Shown here piece after piece: positions 45,776-55,189 of a DNA stretch of 64,000 bases (positions within the stretch are counted from its first letter, which is position 1; each line of letters begins with the position of its first letter). Below the pieces are notes generated by a model. That model saw nothing but the letters and a program-made list of their open reading frames with translations. It did not search any database and was not told the origin of the DNA. The stretch spans positions 266,057-330,056 of the forward strand of contig CAXXDX010000002.1 in assembly GCA_963677605.2 (NCBI GenBank). The letters are read 5' to 3'. The position numbers and the translations under genes are program-made. Origin of the DNA: Christensenellaceae bacterium. Lineage in GTDB: Bacteria > Bacillota > Clostridia > Christensenellales > UMGS416.

Positions 45776-46744
45776 TCATCTTAAATACCCTTCTTCAAAA
45801 GCTCTGCTTAAAATTTCCGCGGAAAACAGCTTCTGTCCCTGTCGGTTTAAATGGTCATCATCATAAAAAAGATAAATGTCTCCTGAGTACTTTTCGTCAT
45901 GGGAATAATCCCAATACGGAACGTCATATTCTTCCGACACATCATCTATTAAACCGTAAAACAGTTCAAAGAAATCATCGTCAAACTCATCAGCGCTGTT
46001 ATATATATCAGAATACGGTGTTGTTATAAGAATGCACTGATACCCTTTCCTGCCACAGTACTCCAGCATCTTTTCGAGCTCCTCTACCGCTTCAGGATAG
46101 ATGCCGTCATCAAAATACTTTGTATGCTGAGCTACGGTTTTGTCTCTTTCGGCTATAAGCCTTTGTTCGTCAATAAGTCCGGTGTCTTCATCTATAAGTC
46201 TGTTCTGATAAAACACCTCATCATATGCTTTAATATCGGTATCATCATGAATTAAAAGCTTTAGCTGGTCTTTTTTTATATCCAGTATGGGAAACCATTT
46301 ATATTCTATCCCCATCTTTAAAGAAAAGTCATTGATATACCAAGGATCAAGAAAATTATAATATATATACTCAAAGTTTTTTATATTTTCATCGTCAAAT
46401 CTTTGATGAAAACTAAAATATGAAACGGGTATAAACACAACGCATCCGTCGTTAAGCCTTCTTTTGTTCTGTTTGATCATACGAAGGTCATACTGGAATG
46501 TCTGGACAGCGCGTCCGAAATTAAAGCCTGAATATCCTCCTGGAAGACTCTCGTATATGAAATTTGTCATGCCGTGGGATGAGCCGACATTTATCACATC
46601 CAATGATTTGGGCGGATTTGCCGTAAAATATTTTTCATCTATCAAAAGATAGGCCTGTGTGCTCTTCCACCTTGCGCTAAGCGCATAAATAAGGCCTATA
46701 ATAATAAATAAAAATAGCAGTATTTTAATAATAAATTTTTTCAT
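45776..46744 (-). CDS. membrane-anchored DltD/SGNH-like partner of the MBOAT
   Basis: 322-aa ORF with an N-terminal anchor (IIKILLFLFIIIGLIYAL), the block-I-like INVGSSHG and the C-terminal DxxH-like YDDDHLN. It lies directly downstream of the MBOAT gene. Confidence 0.55.
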   Translation of the reverse strand: MKKFIIKILLFLFIIIGLIYALSARWKSTQAYLLIDEKYFTANPPKSLDVINVGSSHGMTNFIYESLPGGYSGFNFGRAVQTFQYDLRMIKQNKRRLNDGCVVFIPVSYFSFHQRFDDENIKNFEYIYYNFLDPWYINDFSLKMGIEYKWFPILDIKKDQLKLLIHDDTDIKAYDEVFYQNRLIDEDTGLIDEQRLIAERDKTVAQHTKYFDDGIYPEAVEELEKMLEYCGRKGYQCILITTPYSDIYNSADEFDDDFFELFYGLIDDVSEEYDVPYWDYSHDEKYSGDIYLFYDDDHLNRQGQKLFSAEILSRAFEEGYLR

Positions 46745-46781
46745 GTAAAATCCGTTTTGATGTACACATCAATTGTATAAA

Positions 46782-48416
46782 CTAATCCTTATAATAACTA
46801 AGCGTCCTGCTGTATTCTTCTATGAGGTAATCATATTTCCCGAAGTTAAGCTCGAACGCGGTTTTAATCCGTTCCAGACTAAATAAATCTCCCGATACAA
46901 CAAAACTCAGCTTATCATAATATTCATTAAGCGAAGGATTAACTATTACATTTTCGCCTGTTCTGATACTTTCAATGTACCCTTCCGGAATCTCTCTTTC
47001 ATAATGGCCCGCAAAAAGGTCAGGCGGTGACGGTATCCTCGATAAAAGAGGCGTTGTAAGCGCATAGACGTCAACTAACTTTGCTTCCGCCGGAGCATAA
47101 TAGCCCATAAACCCAATTCCGCCGGAAACATATACATCATCCGTGTTGCACTCAGCGCCCATCTGTCCCCATTCATGCAGAATGCGGTCAGGATCATATC
47201 CGTTTACCATAGCAAATTTTATATAGTGGGCAAGTCCGGTATTTTTATAGTAATAGCTTCTTACATCCCTCGGTCTGTCCAGCGGATTTGAGCTTTTAAG
47301 ATAATCATCATACTTGTCATATTCAAGCTGAGCTGTGAGCGTGGACGTTTCGGGTATGCTGCCGAAAAACAGGATTATGGCACACACAGCAGCCGTTATC
47401 TTCACCTTCGTTGATTTTATCCCTTCTCCGCCGATATCAAGTGTTTTTAGATAATGATATATTATTATTACACCGAGAAAAAACGGAGCACTCAAAAACC
47501 TTCCTGCCATAAAGTCTCCGCCGACATTAACTATATACAGAAGGTAAAGAACTATACTGCCTGCCGCAACAGCGTACTTGCCCTTATTTTTCTTAAAAAG
47601 AAATATCCCTAAAAGTATTGCCCCCAGAAGCACAAGAAGTGTAATGTTGTCCCCGTAAATATTTGAAGAAATTATATATTTAAATCCGTTTGACCATAAA
47701 TCCAGTCTTGCCGTTGTAATGTTAAGCTTCGCATAGGCTGTGTTCGGAAAGAAAAAGCCATAATAGAAAAACGAAAACAGTTCCCAGACTATAAAAGGCG
47801 AAAATCCAAGAAATCCGTATGCAATTTTTTTGGCTTTAAAGTTTTTAAAAAAGCTCATGCACAAAGGCGGTATTAATAAAAGTATTGCATCAAGTCTGTT
47901 TATAGTGATAATTGACGCGATAAAGCACAGTTTTAAAAAAATTTTGGCATCTTCCGGCTTGTCGTTTGTAAAATACACTTTATAAAAAAGAGCAACAGAT
48001 AAAAATGTTATAGGATTTTCGAGACCGGATGTGGAATAATCAATAAATGCCTTTGATACTATTATAAGCAGCATACTCACAGCAAACGGAATCATATCGT
48101 TTTTCTCTTTTGGATAAAGAGCTATTACTGCCGCAGCCATTGTAAACGCTACCGACAAAAATATTGAAGATAGGAAGATGTCATTCGATATTGCATACAG
48201 CGGAATCATCAAAAACACATATAACGGGTTAGTGTATGCCTGCACTCTTTCAAACGTGTTCCAAGTGAGCCCGTATCCGCCCAAAAAGTTTCTTACATAC
48301 CGAAACGATATATATGCATCGTCAACAATCCATGCGCTTTTTAAAATCACCGCAAGCAGTGTGAAAAAGAATGCGACCGCTATAATAATTCTTAAATTTA
48401 GTTTTTTTCTTGCCAT
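46782..48416 (-). CDS. large polytopic membrane protein, probable GT-C fold glycosyltransferase
   Basis: About 545 aa from MARKKLNLRIII. The track ORF starts at a TTG at 48494, so the start is uncertain. The acidic first-loop motif AWIVDDAYISFRYVRN is followed by about 11 helices and a C-terminal soluble domain of about 180 aa. Confidence 0.5.
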   Translation of the reverse strand: MARKKLNLRIIIAVAFFFTLLAVILKSAWIVDDAYISFRYVRNFLGGYGLTWNTFERVQAYTNPLYVFLMIPLYAISNDIFLSSIFLSVAFTMAAAVIALYPKEKNDMIPFAVSMLLIIVSKAFIDYSTSGLENPITFLSVALFYKVYFTNDKPEDAKIFLKLCFIASIITINRLDAILLLIPPLCMSFFKNFKAKKIAYGFLGFSPFIVWELFSFFYYGFFFPNTAYAKLNITTARLDLWSNGFKYIISSNIYGDNITLLVLLGAILLGIFLFKKNKGKYAVAAGSIVLYLLYIVNVGGDFMAGRFLSAPFFLGVIIIYHYLKTLDIGGEGIKSTKVKITAAVCAIILFFGSIPETSTLTAQLEYDKYDDYLKSSNPLDRPRDVRSYYYKNTGLAHYIKFAMVNGYDPDRILHEWGQMGAECNTDDVYVSGGIGFMGYYAPAEAKLVDVYALTTPLLSRIPSPPDLFAGHYEREIPEGYIESIRTGENVIVNPSLNEYYDKLSFVVSGDLFSLERIKTAFELNFGKYDYLIEEYSRTLSYYKD

Positions 48417-48872
48417 CTTCCGTCCTGTTAAATTCTCATATTCAGTAAACAAATTACTAATAAACATCTTACCATCACAGTTATAATCTTTCAATTAAAT
48501 AAAGCAGATAAAGAATGTAATCATTGCACCTTGTCCAGCTAGTGGTTTGCTATAGCTGCTTAAGTGGCTTTTATTCTGATTTTCTCGTCTTCCTACAGAC
48601 AACTAAGTGAACCTATCTCTCCCTTCACAAATGCAAAATTTTATAACAAGCAAAGCCCCCCATCGCCGTCCAGCACTATCTTTCAACCAATTTCACAGCG
48701 GCTGGGAATAAAGTTAATACTGGGGAGATTGCATCTCCCCCACACCCTCTGCCCGTACGCAATAGCATAAGCTGTTTTTATATCTTTTCATATTTTTTAG
48801 GTCATTGAAAACCTTTAATCATTACAAAGCTCTTATGTGCAGCACGCTTAGTACTTGGTTTGCATAAACAAC

Positions 48873-48903
48873 AAAAAAACTGCCCTCACTTTCGTGAAAG
48901 CAG
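48873..48903 (-). terminator. Rho-independent terminator after the GH42 gene
   Basis: The minus strand reads CTGCTTTCAC-GAAA-GTGAGGGCAG (10-bp stem with two G-U pairs) followed by TTTTTTTG. Confidence 0.75.
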
Positions 48904-48919
48904 TTTTAAATCCAAGTTT

Positions 48920-50962
48920 CTATTTCTTTTTATAAATCCTCAGCCCTATCGGCTCAAGCACTGTCTCGCCCTTGATTAAAGAGCCGTCAAGAAGACTTTC
49001 GCCTCCATCCTTTATATCCACTTTCACAGGCTTGTTGAGAATGTTTGTGAGGAAAACATATTCATTTTCTCCGTCAGTTCTGCTTATTGCATTAACTCCT
49101 TCAGGAAGCTCATAGTCCACACACGGATTTATGCCCAGCTCATCTGCGACCTTACTGTAGAAGTCGTCAAGAAAATCTGCATTTGTGCGTCCTGCGACGT
49201 AGTATGCTTTACCTCTGCCGTATTCATTTACGGTAACAGCCGGCATCTTGGCATAAAAATCCTTTTCAAATGTTCCCAGAACTTTAGCTGCGCCCTCGGT
49301 ATGGATAAGCTCACACATGTCAAATGCCTCATAGCTTTTGCCGTTATATAAAATTTCATTTCTGTCTTCAGGATAGAGCGCGTCAATTTCTTCACACCAC
49401 ACACCCATCACATCGCGAAGCGGCCCCGGGAATCCTCCCAAAAAGCACAAGTCAGTGTCATTTACATAGCCGCTCATGTAGGTTAAAACGAACGCTCCGC
49501 CTGAATTTACGAATTTCTTAACTTTCTCCGCAAAGCCTTCCCTCAGCATATAGCTCATTGGAGCTACCACAAGTTTGTAGTCGTCAAGCTCTTTTGTCTG
49601 GTCTATTACATCGCATGCTATGCCGCGCTTCCAGAATGACTTGAAGTGGTTTACCACTGTCTCTTCATAGTTGTTTTTATCCTGAAGCATTCCTTCGCTT
49701 TCGCGTATTGCCCATCTGTTTTCCCAGTCAAAAACCACAGCGACCTTGGAATCTACCGGACATCCGACAACATCATCAAGCTTTTTTAATGCCTCGCCCA
49801 CATCGGATACGTCTTTAAACACTCTTGTGTTCTCGCTTCCTTCATGGTCGATAACAGCTCCGTGGAACTTCTCGGATGAACCTCTTGATTTTCTGTACTG
49901 AAAATACTGAATCGTGTCAGCGCCGTGTCCTATAGTGTACATAGAATAATTAAGCAGCCTGTTTGGGCGATAGAGCTTTGCAACAGGACGCCAGTTTGTG
50001 GCCGACGGCGAGCTTTCCATCAGCATAAACGGCTTTTGTCCACAAATGCCGCGCATAACGGCATGCCAGAAACCAAATGAGCATGATGTCTCGATGTCAT
50101 CATCGGTTCCCTTCCACTGAGGATAGCTGTCCCAGCTTGCAACGCTTAAATGTTTGCCCAGCTCGAAGTAGTTCATATCATAAAAATACATAAGGTTTGT
50201 AGTTATCGGTACATCAGGCGTTATCCTGCGAATGTCTTTTACCTCATGTTCGTAAAAATCAATAAAGCGGTCGGTTACAAACCTCTTCCAGTCAATAGCC
50301 AAAGCGTGAACCGACATCTCTCCTCTTGGCGAAGGTGCCTCAATCTGCGACCAGTCTGTAAACGTGTGCGACCAGAACGTGCTCCACCATGCCTCGTTTA
50401 AATTGTCCAGAGTTTTATATTTGTTCTTAAGCCAAGTTCTGAACTCTTCCTGACACAAGTCGCAGAAACATTCTCCGCAGTATTCGTTTGAAATGTGCCA
50501 AACCGAAAGCGCAGGATGGTCTTTATATCTTTCAGCGAGCATTTTGTTAAGCTTGCCGATCTTTTCGCGATATACAGGCGATGTATAGCAGTGGTTATGT
50601 CTTCCTCCGTGAAGGTTTCTGTGACGCATTTCATCCACACGCAAGACTTCCTCGTACTTGTGGCTTAGCCATGCAGGGCGCGCTCCGGAAGGTGTCGCCA
50701 AAACGGCATACATTCCGTTTTCAGCAAGCATATCCATCACTTCATCCATAAACTCAAACTTATAAACGCCTTCTTCCGGCTCAAGCATAGCCCACGAGAA
50801 GATACCTACGGAAAGAGAGTTTATTCCTGCAAGTTTTGCAAGGTGCATATCTTCTTTCCAGATAGTGTCTTTCCATTTAATCCATTGCTCGGGGTTATAG
50901 TCAGCTCCGTGAACCATGTGTGGAAATTTGCTTATAATAGGCTTAAATCTTTTGTTTGACAT
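48920..50962 (-). CDS. GH42 beta-galactosidase
   Basis: 680-aa ORF with HGADYNPEQW, the acid/base region WHISNEY, the Zn-type Cys cluster CGECFCDLC and the nucleophile region FMLMESSPS. Confidence 0.9.
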   Translation of the reverse strand: MSNKRFKPIISKFPHMVHGADYNPEQWIKWKDTIWKEDMHLAKLAGINSLSVGIFSWAMLEPEEGVYKFEFMDEVMDMLAENGMYAVLATPSGARPAWLSHKYEEVLRVDEMRHRNLHGGRHNHCYTSPVYREKIGKLNKMLAERYKDHPALSVWHISNEYCGECFCDLCQEEFRTWLKNKYKTLDNLNEAWWSTFWSHTFTDWSQIEAPSPRGEMSVHALAIDWKRFVTDRFIDFYEHEVKDIRRITPDVPITTNLMYFYDMNYFELGKHLSVASWDSYPQWKGTDDDIETSCSFGFWHAVMRGICGQKPFMLMESSPSATNWRPVAKLYRPNRLLNYSMYTIGHGADTIQYFQYRKSRGSSEKFHGAVIDHEGSENTRVFKDVSDVGEALKKLDDVVGCPVDSKVAVVFDWENRWAIRESEGMLQDKNNYEETVVNHFKSFWKRGIACDVIDQTKELDDYKLVVAPMSYMLREGFAEKVKKFVNSGGAFVLTYMSGYVNDTDLCFLGGFPGPLRDVMGVWCEEIDALYPEDRNEILYNGKSYEAFDMCELIHTEGAAKVLGTFEKDFYAKMPAVTVNEYGRGKAYYVAGRTNADFLDDFYSKVADELGINPCVDYELPEGVNAISRTDGENEYVFLTNILNKPVKVDIKDGGESLLDGSLIKGETVLEPIGLRIYKKK

Positions 50963-51151
50963 AACTGCTCCTTAAATGAAAACTACCTGCTTTACTTTAC
51001 TCTTATGAAAAAGTAAAATCAATATAAAATATCAACGAATCTATATAAAAAAATAGAGATTTAAATTATTATAAAATAATGTTTCTTGAAAAAAAGAAAA
51101 TGTAAAAGTAAAATCTATAAATACAGAAAAAAATAATCCGAGGAATAAAAT

Positions 51152-52339
51152 ATGAAACTACTTTATGAATTAAGCATTCTCCTAAGAAAACCAGTCGTTA
51201 AACTTGTAAACAAACCTACTCCCATAACATTTATAGGCGAAGGTCAGTCAAAAAAGACAGGAACGATTTTAAAAACGGCAGGTTCCAAAAAAACATTTAT
51301 TATAACCGATAGCTTCCTTCGGAAAATCGGGCTTATTGACGGAATAGTAAAAAGCATTAAAGAAAACGAACTAGAATATGAAATATATGACGGAGTGACT
51401 CCCGATCCGTCATTTAAAGTGGTTGAAGATGCCTTAGCAAAATATAAAGGCTGTGATTCGATTGTTGCTATTGGCGGCGGCTCTGTTATAGACACCGCAA
51501 AGGCGGTTGGCGCAGTAGCATCAAACGGGAAAAAGGCGCACAAAATGGTCGGCATGCTTAAAGTCCGGCGGAAACTTCCTCCATTCATCGCTGTTCCAAC
51601 AACAGCAGGCACAGGAAGCGAGACGACTGTTGCCGCAGTTATATCCGACAGCACAACTCACTCCAAAAAGCAGATTCTTGATCCGAAGGTAGTGCCGGCA
51701 GCCGCTATACTGGACCCAACTCTTACAGTCGGGCTTCCTGCGCATATTACTGCACACACAGCATTGGATACACTGACGCATGCTCTTGAAGCATATGTTT
51801 CCGGATATGCCGACTCAAAAACCGACATGCACGCTGAAAGCTCAATAAAGCTCGTCTATGAAAACTTAGATAATGTATTGAAAAATCCTGAAGATATAGC
51901 TGCAAGAGAAGCGCTTTTGACCGCATCTTTTCTAGGCGGAATGGCGTTTACGCAGACCTATGTAGGTTATGTGCATGCATTCGCTCACACTCTTGGCGCA
52001 ATGTTTCATATTCCCCACGGTCTTGCAAACGCAGTTCTCCTGCCCCATGTGATGGAATACTACCTGTCAAAATGCAAAAACGAGTTTTCATATCTCGCCA
52101 AAGTCACCGGTCAGTTTGAAGACAATCTGGGTATAGACAAAAATGCCGAGATCTTTATAAAAAGCCTGTTTGATCTTAATAAAAAGGCAAAAATACCTGA
52201 AAGATTTGATAATTTCCCCGAATCATCTATTAATGAAGTTATAAAAAAGGCTTTCAGGGAATGTCACGGTATATATCCGATTCCAAAGTATTTTACAAAA
52301 AAAGAAGCTGTAAAACTGCTTAAAAAGGTTTGTGTGTAA
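51152..52339 (+). CDS. iron-containing (group III) alcohol dehydrogenase
   Basis: 395-aa ORF with AIGGGSVIDTAKA, PTTAGTGSE and the His-rich metal site YVHAFAHTLG...HG. Confidence 0.88.
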   Translation: MKLLYELSILLRKPVVKLVNKPTPITFIGEGQSKKTGTILKTAGSKKTFIITDSFLRKIGLIDGIVKSIKENELEYEIYDGVTPDPSFKVVEDALAKYKGCDSIVAIGGGSVIDTAKAVGAVASNGKKAHKMVGMLKVRRKLPPFIAVPTTAGTGSETTVAAVISDSTTHSKKQILDPKVVPAAAILDPTLTVGLPAHITAHTALDTLTHALEAYVSGYADSKTDMHAESSIKLVYENLDNVLKNPEDIAAREALLTASFLGGMAFTQTYVGYVHAFAHTLGAMFHIPHGLANAVLLPHVMEYYLSKCKNEFSYLAKVTGQFEDNLGIDKNAEIFIKSLFDLNKKAKIPERFDNFPESSINEVIKKAFRECHGIYPIPKYFTKKEAVKLLKKVCV

Positions 52340-52350
52340 CATTTAAAAAT

Positions 52351-52390
52351 AAAGAAAGAGCCTGCTTTTCAGCAGGCTCTCTCTTTATCC
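52351..52390. terminator. bidirectional terminator between the convergent ADH and GH63-like genes
   Basis: GAGCCTGCT-TTTC-AGCAGGCTC, flanked by an A-rich tract on one side and TCTCTTTAT on the other. Confidence 0.6.
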
Positions 52391-52400
52391 AGTTTTATCC

Positions 52401-53717
52401 CTATGAGATGAATCCGAAGGACAAATCATCACCTTCAAGCTCAAGCTTCATGTTGATAACAAGCAGGTTCCAGTTTAAAAAACCGGGACTCATAACGGGC
52501 TGCCCTGTTTCCGGAGAATAATACTCATGAAGAGTACCCGTTTTTTCATAATCGGAGCCTAATAGACTTAATGTCTTTTCATAAAGCTCCTGTGCCTCTT
52601 TTTTGTATCCGTAGTTCATAAGCGCCCTAAACGTCACATAGTTTACTATAAGCCATATAGGCCCAAGCCAGTTCGACGGATTGTTAGTGGCTTCGAGGTT
52701 ATACATCTTTTCGTCTTTTGCAAGTGCGCGTATACCAAAATCCGACTCAAATGTCTCAGGATTTTGTATATGCAGCTTCATTATATTTTCGCTCTGTTCA
52801 TCAGTTGCGATGCTTGCATACATCGGAATAAATCCCGTCCAAGTCTGTATCTTAATAGGCAGCGTCTTCCAGAACACTCCCAGTCCTTTATGGAACCAGT
52901 CGTATGCTCTCGTTTTTATGTCCACATCAACAGAGTAGAAGAATTTATCCTTTGGATCATAGCATTCTTCCTGCATTGCTTTCGACAAATCTTCTGCCTT
53001 TTCGATATAGTATTCAGCTCGCTGACTGTCGCCCAACGCGGTAAGAATTTTTGCCATTGACTTAAACTCCATCACAAGGAAAGAATTAAGGAATACATTT
53101 GCAGTCGAAAATCTCGGCCTTCCGAACGACGCAGGATCGTTGTCCATTCCGATCATAACGTCATCCGCCCAGACATACAGCTTGCAGTTGTCGTTAAAAT
53201 AGTATCTGTCGTAACACTCAAAGTATTTTTCAAGATTGCCCACATACTCTTTAAGCCAGTCAAAAGATTCCTTAAGCCCTGAAACAAGACACGCCTGCTG
53301 GCACAAAAAAGGCTTGTGCATGTTTAATATTTCGCCTTCTTTATGCTTTGTAATAAGATACGGCTCGGTATGTTCATCTTCATTTATATACTGATTTTTA
53401 TACGTAACCATCATCGGGATATAGCCGTCTTCCATCTGAAACTCAAAGAAGTTTAACACATTTCCCTGCGCTCCTTCAATAAGACGCTGTTTAAACTCTT
53501 CATCGCCAGTTATCTGCTGATAAGCGGTCAGCGAATACACTGTCCAGAATGAATCCCAATCCCAGAGGTTGCCCTCATAAATCGAACCCGGATCTATAAA
53601 AGGATGCTTAAATTTCACATTCGGCGACTTAAAAACATTGTCCACGCTGTCGGAGACAAATTTTAATATGCCGTCAAAATATTTTTCTCTTTTTCCCATC
53701 GAGAGTTTTCCTATCAC
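52401..53717 (-). CDS. six-hairpin (alpha/alpha)6 glycoside hydrolase, GH63/MGH1/trehalase-like
   Basis: 438-aa ORF with NLWDWDSFW and later WLGPIWLIVNY blocks reminiscent of clan GH-G enzymes. This is a family-level guess only. Confidence 0.5.
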   Translation of the reverse strand: MIGKLSMGKREKYFDGILKFVSDSVDNVFKSPNVKFKHPFIDPGSIYEGNLWDWDSFWTVYSLTAYQQITGDEEFKQRLIEGAQGNVLNFFEFQMEDGYIPMMVTYKNQYINEDEHTEPYLITKHKEGEILNMHKPFLCQQACLVSGLKESFDWLKEYVGNLEKYFECYDRYYFNDNCKLYVWADDVMIGMDNDPASFGRPRFSTANVFLNSFLVMEFKSMAKILTALGDSQRAEYYIEKAEDLSKAMQEECYDPKDKFFYSVDVDIKTRAYDWFHKGLGVFWKTLPIKIQTWTGFIPMYASIATDEQSENIMKLHIQNPETFESDFGIRALAKDEKMYNLEATNNPSNWLGPIWLIVNYVTFRALMNYGYKKEAQELYEKTLSLLGSDYEKTGTLHEYYSPETGQPVMSPGFLNWNLLVINMKLELEGDDLSFGFIS

Positions 53718-54055
53718 TTATATTCCGGCCTGCAGGGAGAGAAGCATTCAATTATTTCTGAATCCTCCAAAACTTCCGATCCGTGCACTTCATTTGATTT
53801 AAAGAAGTATCCGTCGCCCGGTACAACAATAATTTCATCACCGTTTTCAGCCAAGAACTTCACTTTTCCGCTTATAACATAACCGTTTTGCACCGCCACA
53901 TGGCTGTGAAGCGGAATGCTTGAGCCCTTCTCCAGCGTGAAATGGCAAAGCATATTGTCATCGTCATAGCATAATGTTCTGCGGTAAATCCCGTCAAACA
54001 TTTTTACGGCCGGCTGTTCATCCTTAGGTTTATACTGTGTATTTTTATCCATCAT
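53714..54055 (-). CDS. cupin domain protein
   Basis: 113-aa ORF with cupin motif 1 (GSSIPLHSH) and motif 2 (GDGYFFKSNEVHG). Confidence 0.8.
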   Translation of the reverse strand: MMDKNTQYKPKDEQPAVKMFDGIYRRTLCYDDDNMLCHFTLEKGSSIPLHSHVAVQNGYVISGKVKFLAENGDEIIVVPGDGYFFKSNEVHGSEVLEDSEIIECFSPCRPEYK

Positions 54056-54065
54056 AATCTCCTTG

Positions 54066-55163
54066 TTAAGGTTTAAGTACTACTTTAATTGATTCTTTTC
54101 CTTCACCGGCAAGAGTCATCGCTTCCATAAAATCGCTCAGCGGATATTCATGCGTTACTATCTTATCCACTTTTATGATGCCTTTTGAAAGCATATCTAT
54201 AGCCACGGGATAGCCTTCCTGTCCGCTTATATGCGCACCGTAGATTGTCAGCTCTTTTCTGTCGCCGATTATGCTCCAGTCAACCGAAGTTTCCGCCGAA
54301 AACACCGAAAACTCAACAAAAGTTCCGTGTTTTCTTACCATCTTAAGTCCCTGAATAACTCCCGAAGGATGTCCTGAATTGTGAATATAAACATCACAGC
54401 CGTAACCATTTGTCAAGTCCTGAACCTTTTGTACAGCGTCCTCTTTTCCGGGATTTATAACAATGTCTGCGCCCAGTTCTTTGGCAAGCTCCAAACGGTT
54501 GTCTTTCATGTCAAGCGCAATTAAGAGCTTTGGATTCTTAAGTTTTGCAAGCTGCAGTTTGCAAAGACCGATAGGTCCCATTCCTGCAATTACAACAACA
54601 TCATTAAACTTGATTTTTGCTCGCTCCACCGTATGCACAGAACACGACAAAGGCTCTATCATTGCCGCATGTTCCGCAGGTATATGCTTTGGCACTTTGT
54701 GTATTACGGAACGTGAATTATAGCGCATATATTCTGCCATGCCGCCGTCAGCCACTTCTTTCTGATGCCCGTATATATTGTGGACTTCGCACATCCAGTA
54801 ATCGCCGCCTTTGCAGTATCTGCACTCTCCGCATGGTACTATCTGCTCTGCTATAGCGCGGTCGCCAAGCTCAAGACCGTATTTTTTTGCTGCGTTGTCG
54901 CCGAGTGCCACAACAGTTCCAATAAACTCATGTCCCGGAACACACGGTGCGTCATTCCAAGGCGGAAGTACTCCGCCGCCCCAGAACATTGCAGCTCCGG
55001 CGTAAGATTTTACATCACCTGCACATATACCGCATGCTTCAATCTTTATAAGCACATCATCTTCAGTAATCTTAGGAACATCCTTTTGCTCATACCTATA
55101 GTCCTTAGGTCCGTAGCAAATAACAGCATTCATCTTCTCGGGAATCTTCTCCAAAGTCTTCAT
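54066..55163 (-). CDS. zinc-dependent medium-chain alcohol/polyol dehydrogenase (sorbitol or threonine dehydrogenase-like)
   Basis: 365-aa ORF with CGICAGDV, GHEFIG, the structural-zinc cluster CGECRYCKGGDYWMC and the Rossmann motif AGMGPIG. Confidence 0.88.
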   Translation of the reverse strand: MKTLEKIPEKMNAVICYGPKDYRYEQKDVPKITEDDVLIKIEACGICAGDVKSYAGAAMFWGGGVLPPWNDAPCVPGHEFIGTVVALGDNAAKKYGLELGDRAIAEQIVPCGECRYCKGGDYWMCEVHNIYGHQKEVADGGMAEYMRYNSRSVIHKVPKHIPAEHAAMIEPLSCSVHTVERAKIKFNDVVVIAGMGPIGLCKLQLAKLKNPKLLIALDMKDNRLELAKELGADIVINPGKEDAVQKVQDLTNGYGCDVYIHNSGHPSGVIQGLKMVRKHGTFVEFSVFSAETSVDWSIIGDRKELTIYGAHISGQEGYPVAIDMLSKGIIKVDKIVTHEYPLSDFMEAMTLAGEGKESIKVVLKP

Positions 55164-55189
55164 GTATTGCCTCCTAATATATTGATTTA

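Noticed and set aside
48564-48770. 68-aa plus-strand ORF in the 48.5-48.9 kb intergenic region, and a possible cobalamin riboswitch on the opposite strand
   Set aside because: The ORF has no RBS and is Pro/Ser-rich low complexity. The riboswitch resemblance is limited to short fragments, I could not find a proper B12 box, and the genomic context is atypical. It is kept only as a low-interest structured-leader observation.
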